Positions 9,451-18,921 of a stretch of 64,000 nt of DNA are shown piece by piece. The DNA lies in contig JAHIJO010000005.1 of the NCBI GenBank assembly GCA_018898455.1, positions 6,591-70,590 of the forward strand, read 5' to 3'. A program made the position numbers and the translations under genes. The notes under the pieces are model-generated. The model did not search any database. It had not been told where the DNA came from and saw only the letters and a list, made by a program, of their open reading frames with translations. Source of the DNA: Verrucomicrobiota bacterium. Lineage in GTDB: Bacteria; Verrucomicrobiota; Kiritimatiellia; JAAZAB01. Positions within the stretch are counted from its first letter, which is position 1; each line of letters starts with the position of its first letter.

Positions 9451-10677
9451 TTATCGCGCCTGATTCGTCAACACCTGGGACATATTCCAAATGGGAAGCA
9501 GAATAGCCAGAGCCAGGAACAGGACGCCGACGCCGATGACGAGGGTGATGACGGGCTCGATCATCGTGGTTAAGTTCTTCATGGTATAATTGATTTCCAT
9601 GTCATAAAAATCAACAACCTGGTCCAGCATATCGTCCAAACTTCCGGTTTTCTCACCCACGGCAATCAGACTGGTCACCAAGGGCGGGAAGATGGGCATC
9701 TCATTGAAAAAACCATCGGCAATGGTATTGCCATCCTGGATGGTCTGCCTGACGTTGACCAGGAGCTGCTTGAAATACGCGTTGGCCACAACGGATGGCG
9801 CAATTTCCAGCGCCCGCAAGACCGGCACGCCGTTCCGCACCAGCATGGCGAAAATCCGTCCGAACCGGGCCACGACAATCTTGGTATAGACCGGACCCAG
9901 GAGATACAGGTTAAATTTCATCTTATCAATCATCAGCCGGATCGACTTATTCCTCAACAACATCCACCACGCAACTCCGCCGCTAATAACCAGGACAAGC
10001 AGGATCGGCCAGTAATGTTGAAACAGGTTATTGCCGGTGACCAGAATGCGGGTCGGCAGAGGGAGTGGAACGGTGGATTTCGCGAAAAACACCGTGAAGC
10101 GGGGAAGGACAAAGGCCACCATGATGATCATGGCAAGAATCAACGCGATAACGACCATGATCGGATAGCGCAGGGCCGCCTTGATGGCCGTCCGGATTTC
10201 CAACTCACGCTCCATCCACTGAGCGAGACTGAACAACGCTTTCACCAGATCGCCGCCGCTTTCGCCGGAGACGACGATGTTCACATATTCCGGGGTGAAA
10301 ACGCGCGGGAATTCAGCCAGGGACTCCGACAAGCTTGACCCGGCGGTCAGACTCCGGCTCACATCGATAAGCACCTGTTTAAACCCCCTATTCTCGGCCT
10401 GCTCCCGCAGAATCTCAATGGATTGGACAATGGGAATGCCCGCCTTCAGCATAGTGGCCACCTGGCGGGTAAACAGAATGATATCTTCAGCCCGGATCCG
10501 CCCGAACAGCATGCGGAACAGCGCGTTTTCCATCGACTCGGTGGCTTGACGGATTTCGATCGGAATGAGCTTATCTTCCGTCAACTGATCATGGGCCGCA
10601 TTACTGTCTTTGGCCTGGATTGTCCCTTCGACTATCCGTCCGGTCAGGTTGCGCGCGCGATAGGCGTAATTTCTCAT
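9451..10677 (-). CDS. gspF: Type II secretion system / type IV pilus platform protein GspF/PilC family
   Basis: ~400 aa with the duplicated GspF domain organisation, three TM segments and motifs such as SGESGGDLV.. and [11 protein letters not shown] typical of GspF/PilC. Confidence 0.85.
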   Translation of the reverse strand: MRNYAYRARNLTGRIVEGTIQAKDSNAAHDQLTEDKLIPIEIRQATESMENALFRMLFGRIRAEDIILFTRQVATMLKAGIPIVQSIEILREQAENRGFKQVLIDVSRSLTAGSSLSESLAEFPRVFTPEYVNIVVSGESGGDLVKALFSLAQWMERELEIRTAIKAALRYPIMVVIALILAMIIMVAFVLPRFTVFFAKSTVPLPLPTRILVTGNNLFQHYWPILLVLVISGGVAWWMLLRNKSIRLMIDKMKFNLYLLGPVYTKIVVARFGRIFAMLVRNGVPVLRALEIAPSVVANAYFKQLLVNVRQTIQDGNTIADGFFNEMPIFPPLVTSLIAVGEKTGSLDDMLDQVVDFYDMEINYTMKNLTTMIEPVITLVIGVGVLFLALAILLPIWNMSQVLTNQAR

Positions 10678-10729
10678 GGGGAACCGCCAGGATCAGGAAT
10701 AGCATCCCTGCCGTCCGACTCGATGGAGA

Positions 10730-10993
10730 CTACCAGATCAACAGGACAATAAAAATGACGGAAAGCAGCAGCGTGATCAAGCCGATGATTTTATGCCAGG
10801 CCAGCAATTGCGAGTCAATATCATGGGTCCGATTCAATTGTTTCTCCAAAGATTCCGTTGAAATCCACCTCTTGAATATGCTGTTGGCCCGAATGAGCAT
10901 GTTCGGCCAGATCAACAGGAATGCCGTCATGATCAAACATAAGACGGCGAACCAGAGCACAAGCAGCTTATAAGGCATCTCTACTGCAATCAT
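10730..10993 (-). CDS. Small two-TM membrane protein, hypothetical
   Basis: 87 aa with two hydrophobic helices. Sits between the ExeA-like and GspF genes in the same orientation. No family recognised. Confidence 0.4.
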   Translation of the reverse strand: MIAVEMPYKLLVLWFAVLCLIMTAFLLIWPNMLIRANSIFKRWISTESLEKQLNRTHDIDSQLLAWHKIIGLITLLLSVIFIVLLIW

Positions 10994-11062
10994 CGTGAAA
11001 TCCCCCTTCCCTATGTTGTTTCCGATTTCTCTGCCACGACAGCGCCTTGGGCGCCAAAAGCT

Positions 11063-11881
11063 TCAAACAACTCCGAATTTTTCAGCGGCCTCCAGTACCA
11101 GATTCGTATCAATCCGCCCTGATTTTTGAGCATAGCCCAAGGCCAGGCTGACATCGCACAGGGTGTTGATGCGCCGGGGAATGCCGCCCGAATTCCGGTG
11201 AATGAGATTCAACGCCTCTTCCTGGAACAGCGGATCGGCTCTTCCGGCGACAGCGAGCCGGGATTGAATATACCTGGCCGTATCGGCGCTGTCAAAATGA
11301 TGCAAGGTGCAGGTGATGGGGATGCGCTGGGCAAACTGCTTCAAACCCGCCACGCGCTCGGCCAATTCCAGGTGCCCCAGGAAAAGCAAAGTCAGCAAAA
11401 ATTCATCATGGCTTTGAACATTCAGCAACAGACGCAACATTTCAAGCACCGCTTCATTATCAAGCATGTGGGCCTCGTCAATGATGAGCACCGTGTGCTT
11501 GCCGTCCCGGCGATTTTCCTGCAACGCCTTTTCGATGATCTCCAGCATGGCGTCCGCCACAAGATTAGAACGGTCCGCTGACAACGGGGTCTCCGTCATG
11601 GCCCGCGCTATGCTCCGCAGCAGATCAAGGGGGGCCATTCCCGGCTGAGCTATACATGATTTCGAGACATTGGATTTGCCAAGTTGCTGGAGCAGGACGC
11701 GGGACAACAGCGTTTTGCCGCAGCCATAGGCGCCGGTCAGCAGTGCGGCGCCCATGTTTTCAGTGACGGCATACGTCAACTTCATCAGCGCTTCATCGTG
11801 CTGAACCGAGTGGTAAAAAAACTTAGGGTCCGGCGTGTTGTGAAACGGACGGTTATTCAATTTCCAATATTCTTCGTACAT
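11063..11881 (-). CDS. ExeA/GspA/MshM-family AAA ATPase
   Basis: N-terminus ..NRPFHNTPDPKFFYHSVQHDEALMKLTYAV.. followed by Walker A LLTGAYGCGKT and Walker B VLIIDEAHML. Matches ExeA/MshM architecture. Confidence 0.8.
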   Translation of the reverse strand: MYEEYWKLNNRPFHNTPDPKFFYHSVQHDEALMKLTYAVTENMGAALLTGAYGCGKTLLSRVLLQQLGKSNVSKSCIAQPGMAPLDLLRSIARAMTETPLSADRSNLVADAMLEIIEKALQENRRDGKHTVLIIDEAHMLDNEAVLEMLRLLLNVQSHDEFLLTLLFLGHLELAERVAGLKQFAQRIPITCTLHHFDSADTARYIQSRLAVAGRADPLFQEEALNLIHRNSGGIPRRINTLCDVSLALGYAQKSGRIDTNLVLEAAEKFGVV

Positions 11882-11897
11882 GGCATCCTCGGGCAGG

Positions 11898-13811
11898 TTA
11901 CCGGTTTTTTTTCGCCAGCCAGCTTGTCATCTGCTTCCGGTAATCATCAAGATCCAAGCTGAGGCTTTCCGCCTTGACCGCCTCCATGGCCGGTTCGGCT
12001 TCCCCGGCCTCCGGTTGTTCTTTCGGAAGGGACCCCGGCGGCAGGGAAATTTCCGCGACATTTTCCAGGGCGGCAGTGCGCAGCACTTCTTCGAGGGTCG
12101 TGATGCCCCGCTCAACCTTCTCGATGCCGTCGTCCAGCATGCTGACCATGCCGTCCTTGCGCGCCTGCGCCCGCAAGGCGGCGGTTGTTTGTCCGGCGGC
12201 AATTATATCGGCCAGATCCAAAGTCACGGGCATCAATTCGAAAACGGCAATGCGCCCCACGTAGCCGGTATCGCGGCACTTGGAACATCCTTTCCCCCTC
12301 CACATCTTGCCGGGTAGCGACAAACCGGAGGCCGTCAGCCGCTGGCGCAGGCCGTCGGGAACGGCAAAAGGTTCCCGGCATTCCTCACAGATCCGCCGCA
12401 CCAGGCGCTGGGCCATCGCGCCCACCAGCGAGGAGGATACCAGGAACGCCTCGATGTTCATATTGATGAGCCGGGTAACTGCGCCGGGCGCGTCATTGGT
12501 ATGAATTGTCGAAAACACCAGGTGCCCCGTCAGGGCTGCGCGCACCGACAATTGCGCGGTTTCCGGATCCCGCACTTCGCCCACCATGATGACATCGGGG
12601 TCCTGTCTCAGGATGCTGCGGAGCGCGGACGCGAAGGTCAATCCCGCTTTTTCATTCACCTGGATTTGAGTAACCAGGTCCATGCGGCGTTCCACCGGGT
12701 CCTCGATGGTGATGATGTTGCGTTCCGGGGATTTTGCCTTGGACAGCATGGCATAGAGCGTGGTGGACTTGCCGCTGCCGGTCGGTCCGGTGACCACAAC
12801 CATACCATAGGGACGTCGAATCATCCGTTCGACCTGGGGTAGAAGTCTGTCGGAAATGCCCATGCTTTCCAGGGGAATCGCCATGGCCCGCGTGTCGAAA
12901 AGGCGGATCGCCATGTTCTCGCCGTTGGTGGTGGGCATGCTGGAAACACGGGCCTCCACGGTGCGCTTGTCTATGGTGATCTGGAAATGACCGTCCTGCG
13001 GAATGCGGCTTTCCGCGATGTCCATGCTGCTGATGACCTTGATGCGGGAAATGATAAAGGGATGGAGATATTTCGGCGGCGGCGGAATATCATAGAGGAC
13101 GCCGTCAATACGGAAACGGACCTTTAATTGTCCCTCGCCAGGATCGATGTGAATATCGCTGGCCCGGTCGCGCACGGCCTGGGCCACGATCATATCCACC
13201 AGGCGGCTGACCGGCGATTTACTGCTCTGCAGGATGCTTTCCTGAGATTTCACCGCCATCGTTCCCTGTAAGGAATCCTCACCCATTTGATCCAGCAATT
13301 CCTTGAATTCCTCGTGCCCGGAATACACCCGGTTGATCATTTCATGAATATCCTTCCGGGCAGCCAGGCACGGTTCAATCGTGAACTTGCCCAGTGCCGT
13401 CGCCAGCCGATCGAGAACGGTGATGTCGCTGGGATCGGCCAACGCAACCGTGAGTGAGTCGCCGATGGCAAACAAGGGGAATACTTCCAGTTCACGCGCC
13501 AGCTTCTCGTCAATCAGGGAAACCACGGCTTGATTATAAATGTAGGTTTCGAGATCGACGAAAGGCACGCCGAAAATGCCGGCCAGTTCCTCGTAAGCCG
13601 TCTGCTTGGACAATAGATCCAGATTGACAAGAACCTCGACCAGAAGTTCGCGGGTTTCCCTGCTGACCGCCATGGCCTTTTTCAGGGTCTCACTCGTCAA
13701 AAGCCCCTTGGCCATGAGGCGCTTGGCCAAGTCCTCGTTCGTCTGCGCCAACATCTGCTGGCTGAGATCCTGATTCATATCAATCCTCGCTGACACATCC
13801 CGCCCGTTCAA
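11898..13811 (-). CDS. gspE: Type II secretion / type IV pilus assembly ATPase GspE/PilB family with N-terminal GSPII_E_N domain
   Basis: Walker A VVVTGPTGSGKSTT, Asp/His boxes, C-terminal CxxC..CxxC zinc motif (GCSKCRDTGY..). N-terminal T2SSE_N-like domain. Has an Ala/Glu-rich C-terminal extension. Confidence 0.9.
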   Translation of the reverse strand: MNGRDVSARIDMNQDLSQQMLAQTNEDLAKRLMAKGLLTSETLKKAMAVSRETRELLVEVLVNLDLLSKQTAYEELAGIFGVPFVDLETYIYNQAVVSLIDEKLARELEVFPLFAIGDSLTVALADPSDITVLDRLATALGKFTIEPCLAARKDIHEMINRVYSGHEEFKELLDQMGEDSLQGTMAVKSQESILQSSKSPVSRLVDMIVAQAVRDRASDIHIDPGEGQLKVRFRIDGVLYDIPPPPKYLHPFIISRIKVISSMDIAESRIPQDGHFQITIDKRTVEARVSSMPTTNGENMAIRLFDTRAMAIPLESMGISDRLLPQVERMIRRPYGMVVVTGPTGSGKSTTLYAMLSKAKSPERNIITIEDPVERRMDLVTQIQVNEKAGLTFASALRSILRQDPDVIMVGEVRDPETAQLSVRAALTGHLVFSTIHTNDAPGAVTRLINMNIEAFLVSSSLVGAMAQRLVRRICEECREPFAVPDGLRQRLTASGLSLPGKMWRGKGCSKCRDTGYVGRIAVFELMPVTLDLADIIAAGQTTAALRAQARKDGMVSMLDDGIEKVERGITTLEEVLRTAALENVAEISLPPGSLPKEQPEAGEAEPAMEAVKAESLSLDLDDYRKQMTSWLAKKNR

Positions 13812-14191
13812 CCGGCGCTTTCGGCAAGAAGCTTGGCGATGGTTTCCAGCATCTCCTGGGGTTTAAAAGGCTTGGTCATGTAAGCATCGCCGCCCACGCT
13901 CATCCCGGTTTCCCGATCGCTCTGCTGGGACCGGGCCGTCAGCATGACGATGGGAATATTCCGATGTTTTTCATCAAATTTCAACAACCGGGCCACCTTG
14001 TAGCCATCCATCTTGGGCAACATGATATCGAGAATTATCAGGTCCGGATTCCGGTTCCGGGCCAAATCCAGCCCGGCGACACCATCCTCCGCCTCAATGA
14101 CTTCATATCCATTGGCTTCCAGGCGCATGCGAAGCGCCATGCGAAATTCCGGCTCGTCTTCGATTAGAAGTATTTTTTTTGCGGGTGCCAT
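13808..14191 (-). CDS. Single-domain response regulator (CheY-like receiver)
   Basis: KKILLIEDEPEF..DLIILDIMLPKMDGY..MLTA..K motifs of REC domains. ATG 14191 with GGGGAG RBS. Confidence 0.8.
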   Translation of the reverse strand: MAPAKKILLIEDEPEFRMALRMRLEANGYEVIEAEDGVAGLDLARNRNPDLIILDIMLPKMDGYKVARLLKFDEKHRNIPIVMLTARSQQSDRETGMSVGGDAYMTKPFKPQEMLETIAKLLAESAG

Positions 14192-14231
14192 ATTATTTTT
14201 CTCCCCGGTTTTGAATTCAGGGTAATCTTTA

Positions 14232-15767
14232 TCAGCGGCCTTTTTCCTCGATGGGTTCCAAATAGGTTTTCGGTTCAAGGTTCAGCAGAATTCGGATCTT
14301 ATCCAGCAGGTCGTTGGGCGTAAACGGCTTGGCCAGAACTTCATCCGCCCCATCCCGTACCACTTCGGTCAGCGAATGGACATCTCCTGATATGATCAAA
14401 ACCTTGCTGTTATGTTGGCGCGATTGCTGCCGCAAGGAAAGCAACACCTGTTCCCCGCCCACTTCCGCCAGATGCATATCGAGAATGATAAGATTCGGCT
14501 TGAATTCTCCAGCGATGATCAGCGAATCGAGTCCGCTCAACGTTGACTTGACCTCCAGCTTCAGGTCGGAATACCGAAGCACTTTTTCAATCATCCGGAC
14601 AACAAGTTCCTCGTCGTCAACAATGAGGATCCGGGAGGGCAGTTCCTTATCGTACACCGGGAGGGTGAATGAAAAGCAACTCCCCTTGCCAATCGTGCTG
14701 TCAACCGAAATACAGCCGCCATTGAGTTCCACCAGGCTCTTGGCAATTTTCAATCCAAGACCGGTACCCTTGGTGCCCGGACCGTCCTTGCGATCGATCT
14801 GGACGAAGGCCTCAAATATCTTTTCCAATGAATCCCGGGGAATTCCGGGTCCCGTATCTTCAACATCAATGCGCAGGAAGCGGCCTTCCTCTTTGGTTCG
14901 AATGCGAAGGGTTCCCTTCTCCGGCGTAAATTTATGGGCGTTCCCGATCAGGTTCGTCAGAATATTATGGACGCTTGTCACGTCGCAATGCGCCATTGGC
15001 AGATTATCAGGAACATCCAGCACCAGCGTCTGTTTTTTGGTTTGGCAGACGGGGGTAAAATCATTGCGAAACTGCATCAGCAAGGACGTCAAATCCGCTT
15101 TGGTTCTGTGCAATTCCGCCTTACCGGCTTCAATGCGGGCCAAGTCCAGTATCCGGCTGATCAGGTCGGTGAGCTTGTCGCAATTGCGAAGAGCCGCATC
15201 GAGGCATTTGCACTGTTTTTCATTCAGCGGACCTACGGTCTCGTCCCGGACAAGCGACACAAATTCCCGGATGATCGCCAACGGGGTCCGGATCTCATGC
15301 GAAACTTCAGCTACAAATTGGGATTTGGTCTCGTTTAATTCGCGCAAACGTTTCAAGGCCTCCTGGCTGTTCTTCTTCGCGCTATGGCGCTCAATGGCAT
15401 AGCGCAGGGCATGAACCAGCGCGCCAATATCCCCCTGCCCCTTGATCAAGTAATCCTGCGCGCCTTCCTTGACCAGTTGGGAGGCCAGGGCTTCATCCCC
15501 GACACACGTTAAAACGATAATCGGGATTTCGGGGAATCGCCCGTATACTTTCCTGAATGTTTCCAGTCCACGGCTGTCCGGTAGAATCAGGTCCAGCATG
15601 ACCACCTCAGCCTGGCTTTCGGCCAGCCATGAGAGCGCCGCATCGAGTCGGCCAACCGACGCAATATTGAAATTGGTATCTTTGGTATGAAGCAGTTGTT
15701 CCTTGATCAATACCACTTCATCCGGATTATCCTCAACCAGCAGAATATTGATGCGTTTGGATTTCAT
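14232..15767 (-). CDS. Hybrid sensor histidine kinase with N- and C-terminal receiver domains (REC-HisKA-HATPase-REC)
   Basis: N-terminal REC (INILLVEDNPDE..MLDLILPD), HisKA H-box (VSHEIRTPL), N/G1/G2 boxes (NLIGNAHKFT, DTGPGIP, GTGLGL), C-terminal REC (RILIVDDEELV..DMHL). Confidence 0.85.
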   Translation of the reverse strand: MKSKRINILLVEDNPDEVVLIKEQLLHTKDTNFNIASVGRLDAALSWLAESQAEVVMLDLILPDSRGLETFRKVYGRFPEIPIIVLTCVGDEALASQLVKEGAQDYLIKGQGDIGALVHALRYAIERHSAKKNSQEALKRLRELNETKSQFVAEVSHEIRTPLAIIREFVSLVRDETVGPLNEKQCKCLDAALRNCDKLTDLISRILDLARIEAGKAELHRTKADLTSLLMQFRNDFTPVCQTKKQTLVLDVPDNLPMAHCDVTSVHNILTNLIGNAHKFTPEKGTLRIRTKEEGRFLRIDVEDTGPGIPRDSLEKIFEAFVQIDRKDGPGTKGTGLGLKIAKSLVELNGGCISVDSTIGKGSCFSFTLPVYDKELPSRILIVDDEELVVRMIEKVLRYSDLKLEVKSTLSGLDSLIIAGEFKPNLIILDMHLAEVGGEQVLLSLRQQSRQHNSKVLIISGDVHSLTEVVRDGADEVLAKPFTPNDLLDKIRILLNLEPKTYLEPIEEKGR

Positions 15768-15968
15768 ATCTTGATGTACCTTCAAACCAGTAAACTGATC
15801 CGGACGATATCAACCGCCTTTACCCCGATCGAGACAACACGCTGGGGACTCAACCATACCGCAACCCAACGTTAGAAATGCCTTAAAATAACCCCATTAC
15901 ACAAAGGGTGTCAAGGCGAATCACGACGGTCGTAATGAGTCCCTATCCCATGGATTGCTGATAGCCGC

Positions 15969-15997
15969 TTGATTTTCGCCGGTTCCTCTATTATACT
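15969..15997 (+). promoter_or_regulatory. Sigma70-like promoter candidate TTGATT-17-TATACT
   Basis: Hexamers at 15969-15974 and 15992-15997 with a 17-nt spacer, ~45 nt upstream of the 16041 start. Confidence 0.3.
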
Positions 15998-16040
15998 TTT
16001 TTTTATCACATCAATTAATCACCATTCCCGGGAGGGAATC

Positions 16041-16511
16041 ATGAATAAAGTTCTATTGATAGCCATTACATGCCTGATGATTGCCCAGATGCCAATGCTG
16101 GCCGGCGACGGCGGCAAGACAACGGTTCAAGCCATAGTGGGCACCTCGCCGCGCGCGGAGAACACCTCGAAAGTCATGATCCAGACCGCTGTGGTTCCCG
16201 CGAAGTCGGAAGACGACAAGAAACCGATCGCTCCACCGCCCCCCCTGCCCGCCGCGGACTGGGTGGCGGCCTGGCAGGCCGCCAAGGAAACATGCCCGGA
16301 AGCCTCCGGGATGACAATCTATTATAACGACCGCTCCGGCCCCACCCCGGAGTCGCTGAAAGTATTCCCATGCGTAGATATGAAGGCCCGCGGGGAACTG
16401 CTGGTCATCACCATCAAACAGCCGGGGCAAAAAGAGGAATCGGTGGCCATTGTCCGCGCCAGCGACGTGGTCCGGATTGATGTCAGTAAACCCGCCACCG
16501 CCAACCCCTGA
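16041..16511 (+). CDS. Small secreted hypothetical protein (signal peptide, Pro/Ala-rich linker)
   Basis: ATG 16041 with GGAGGG RBS. MNKVLLIAITCLMIAQMPMLA signal peptide. No family recognised. Confidence 0.55.
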   Translation: MNKVLLIAITCLMIAQMPMLAGDGGKTTVQAIVGTSPRAENTSKVMIQTAVVPAKSEDDKKPIAPPPPLPAADWVAAWQAAKETCPEASGMTIYYNDRSGPTPESLKVFPCVDMKARGELLVITIKQPGQKEESVAIVRASDVVRIDVSKPATANP

Positions 16512-16547
16512 ACTTTTTTCATGGGCCGCTCCAACGCCATCAGCCCC

Positions 16548-16586
16548 AATTAAATTAGCCCCCCGCAGCGGGAGACTAATTTAATT
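16548..16586 (+). terminator. AT-rich perfect 11-bp inverted repeat AATTAAATTAG ... CTAATTTAATT with 17-nt GC-rich loop; possible terminator/regulatory hairpin
   Basis: Arms 16548-16558 and 16576-16586 are exact reverse complements. Follows the stop at 16511 and precedes the operator/promoter of the next operon. Confidence 0.3.
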
Positions 16587-16588
16587 TA

Positions 16589-16626
16589 AACTTTGTGTTG
16601 CAAAGTTCTTTGCGGAGTGTTATTCT
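16589..16626 (+). promoter_or_regulatory. Promoter TTGCAA-17-TATTCT overlapped by a dyad-symmetric operator AACTTTG-N5-CAAAGTTCTTTGCG (site 1)
   Basis: -35 at 16598-16603, -10 at 16621-16626. Three CAAAG/CTTTG half-sites in alternating orientation (16591-95, 16601-05, 16609-13). The same 26-mer architecture recurs at 17679-17711. Confidence 0.45.
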
Positions 16627-16648
16627 TCGTTCAGAAACAAGGAGAACT

Positions 16649-17287
16649 ATGCTCGCACATCATGTCCATGATGCTTTAACCCAGGTCAAACGGCTCCAGG
16701 CCCTCATCCTTGAGAAGCGTTTATTCCGCGGTTACTCGGGGATTGCCCGCATGGCCGGCGGTCTCGTTGCGCTTGGCGGAATGTTCATCATGGCATCCCC
16801 GCTCTTCCCTTCCGTGCTCTCCGCGCATCTTCTGGGTTGGACGGCGGTGCTGATCATTGCCCTGGCCATTAATTATGGCACGCTGCTGTTCTGGTTTTCG
16901 ACCATGCCCGCCGCCCGCCGTTCGCTCCGTGAGCTGGTGCCCGCTTGCGATGCCGTTCCGGCCCTGGCGGTCGGCGCCGGACTCAGTCTGGCGCTGATAA
17001 TGCATGGCGAATACGATCTATTGTTTGGAACTTGGATGTGCCTGTATGGTTTGGTGCACATGCCTTACCGCAACAGCCTGCCCTTTGCCAACTACCTGGT
17101 CGGCATCTTTTATCTGGCGTGCGGCGCGATCATGCTGGTCTGGCCGGGAGTAGCGTTCACCAATCCGTACCCGATGGGCCTCGTTTTCGGCGCCGGCGAG
17201 CTGGGCGGAGGTTTTGTGTTGTGCCGGTTGAATCAAGAAACTGTTCTGGAACAGGAGGAAGAAACATCCCATGAAAACAACGACTGA
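16649..17287 (+). CDS. Integral membrane protein, hypothetical (5-6 TM)
   Basis: ATG 16649 with AAGGAG RBS. Several hydrophobic helices. The 3' end overlaps the start of the downstream ArsR-like gene, implying translational coupling. Confidence 0.6.
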   Translation: MLAHHVHDALTQVKRLQALILEKRLFRGYSGIARMAGGLVALGGMFIMASPLFPSVLSAHLLGWTAVLIIALAINYGTLLFWFSTMPAARRSLRELVPACDAVPALAVGAGLSLALIMHGEYDLLFGTWMCLYGLVHMPYRNSLPFANYLVGIFYLACGAIMLVWPGVAFTNPYPMGLVFGAGELGGGFVLCRLNQETVLEQEEETSHENND

Positions 17288-17648
17288 TAGTCCGTTCGAT
17301 GCGCTGGAGAAAATATTCCATGAACCTAACCGCCTGGCCATCATGTCCGCCTTATGCGCCGCGGATGGCGGAGTCCCCTTCACCGACCTGAAGACATCCT
17401 GTCGGCTGACCGACGGCAATCTGAGCCGCCATCTTAAAGTGCTTGAGGAAACTGGCGTGATCCGCGTGGAAAAGTCATTCGTCAAACTCCGTCCACGGAC
17501 GACAATCCACCTGACCAAAACCGGCTTCCAGCGGTTTAACGAATACCTGGCCGCGCTGACTGAAGTGTTGGAACAAGCCCGCCAGGCCACAGGCACCGAG
17601 CGAAGCAAATCGCGTCTGCCAGCTTTTGGGAAACTAGCGCCGGCGTAA
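17271..17648 (+). CDS. ArsR/SmtB-type winged-helix transcriptional regulator
   Basis: HEPNRLAIMSALCA....FTDLKTSCRLTDGNLSRHLKVLEETGVIRVEK matches the ArsR-family HTH pattern (xRLxIxxxL ... LSxHLKxLxxAGLV). Confidence 0.7.
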   Translation: MKTTTDSPFDALEKIFHEPNRLAIMSALCAADGGVPFTDLKTSCRLTDGNLSRHLKVLEETGVIRVEKSFVKLRPRTTIHLTKTGFQRFNEYLAALTEVLEQARQATGTERSKSRLPAFGKLAPA

Positions 17649-17678
17649 TTGAGTTAACACCGTATTTTTTTATTGCTC

Positions 17679-17711
17679 AACTTTGCCAAACAAAGTTCTT
17701 TGCGTTAGATT
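17679..17711 (+). promoter_or_regulatory. Promoter TTGCCA-17-TAGATT overlapped by the same operator AACTTTG-N5-CAAAGTTCTTTGCG (site 2); predicted leaderless start
   Basis: -35 at 17683-88, -10 at 17706-11. The predicted transcription start coincides with ATG 17719, which has no RBS. The operator copy is identical in spacing to site 1. Confidence 0.45.
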
Positions 17712-17718
17712 GAATCAC

Positions 17719-18921
17719 ATGAAAACAGTTCAAACCTTACAAGTGCTATCCGCAACACTCCTGGCGATCGGACTGGTGGTCACCCTACCCCTGCTTGGAA
17801 TCATGGCGACCGGCCTGCCGATCGGACACTATCTCGAATTTCCCCCTCACACCCATTACGTGGAACACGCCGGTTTTTCATGGTCCGTATTCGCCGGACT
17901 GGCCGCGTTTATTCTAATTGTCATCCTGCCTTTCATTATCCGGATCCTGTGCGCCAACCGGATGACGAAGACGAAAATGAAGCCGCTTATGGAGTCAACC
18001 GTCGCCCCGGCAGAGCCCCCTTTGCTGGGAAGCTACGGAGGGCCATGGTGGGGCGGATACAATTGCAATCAAAACGCCCGCCGTTTTCCAGTTTGGGGCT
18101 GGATTGGCATCGCCGGGGGAATCGGGGCCTGGATTCTCGCCTGGTCCCGTTTTGATTGGTTCGCACCCTGGCAGGCCTTCACGTTCAGTCCGTTGTGGTT
18201 CAGCTATATCGTCATCGTCAACGCCCTGACTCACCGGCGCACCGGCCAATGCATGCTGACCCAGAGACCCGTTTTCCTGCTGATGCTCTTTGTGTTCAGC
18301 GCCGCCTTCTGGTGGTTATTCGAATACCTGAACCGATTCGTCCAGAACTGGTACTACCTCGGGATCGGTTCCCTGACCCCCTTGGAATATTTTCTGTTTG
18401 CCACCCTCCCGTTTTCCACCGTGCTCCCGGCGGTAATGGGCACCTTCCAGCTCCTGGCCACCTACCCGCGACTTTCCAACGGACTGACCGGAATTTTTGT
18501 CATGCCCCACATCCAATCGCGCTTCGGTGCTCTCATTGTTCTTACATTGTCGGCGGGCGGATTGGCAGGTATTGGCTTGTGGCCGGACTACCTGTTTCCA
18601 TTACTCTGGCTGGCGCCGCTGGGAATACTGGCATCCCTCCAAACACTGACCGGACGGACGTCACTGTTTGCCGACCTGGTCCGCGGCGACTGGCGGCGGA
18701 TCGTCCTGCTGGCGCTGGCCGCGCTGATTTGCGGCTTCTTCTGGGAGATGTGGAATTTTTACAGCCTCGCCAAGTGGGTCTATGCCGTGCCATTCGTTGA
18801 CCGCTTCCACATTTTTGAAATGCCGGTACTCGGCTATGCCGGCTATCTACTCTTCGGCCTGGAATGCGCGCTGATTGCGGATTTACTGTGCGGTCGGCGA
18901 CAGATCGAGGAAAAACCTTGA
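17719..18921 (+). CDS. Large polytopic membrane protein, hypothetical (about 10 TM, Trp/aromatic-rich)
   Basis: First ATG at 17719; the 17683 start is TTG inside the operator. Highly hydrophobic. No family recognised. Stop overlaps the downstream start (TTGA). Confidence 0.6.
   Translation: MKTVQTLQVLSATLLAIGLVVTLPLLGIMATGLPIGHYLEFPPHTHYVEHAGFSWSVFAGLAAFILIVILPFIIRILCANRMTKTKMKPLMESTVAPAEPPLLGSYGGPWWGGYNCNQNARRFPVWGWIGIAGGIGAWILAWSRFDWFAPWQAFTFSPLWFSYIVIVNALTHRRTGQCMLTQRPVFLLMLFVFSAAFWWLFEYLNRFVQNWYYLGIGSLTPLEYFLFATLPFSTVLPAVMGTFQLLATYPRLSNGLTGIFVMPHIQSRFGALIVLTLSAGGLAGIGLWPDYLFPLLWLAPLGILASLQTLTGRTSLFADLVRGDWRRIVLLALAALICGFFWEMWNFYSLAKWVYAVPFVDRFHIFEMPVLGYAGYLLFGLECALIADLLCGRRQIEEKP

Noticed and set aside
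14314-15402. 362-aa plus-strand ORF
   Set aside because: Antisense to the hybrid histidine kinase. Ser/Arg-rich composition with no domains.
17683-17718. Upstream TTG start (MPNKVLCVRLNH..) for the 412-aa membrane protein
   Set aside because: These 12 codons coincide exactly with the conserved operator/promoter 26-mer. ATG 17719 just after the -10 is more plausible (leaderless).
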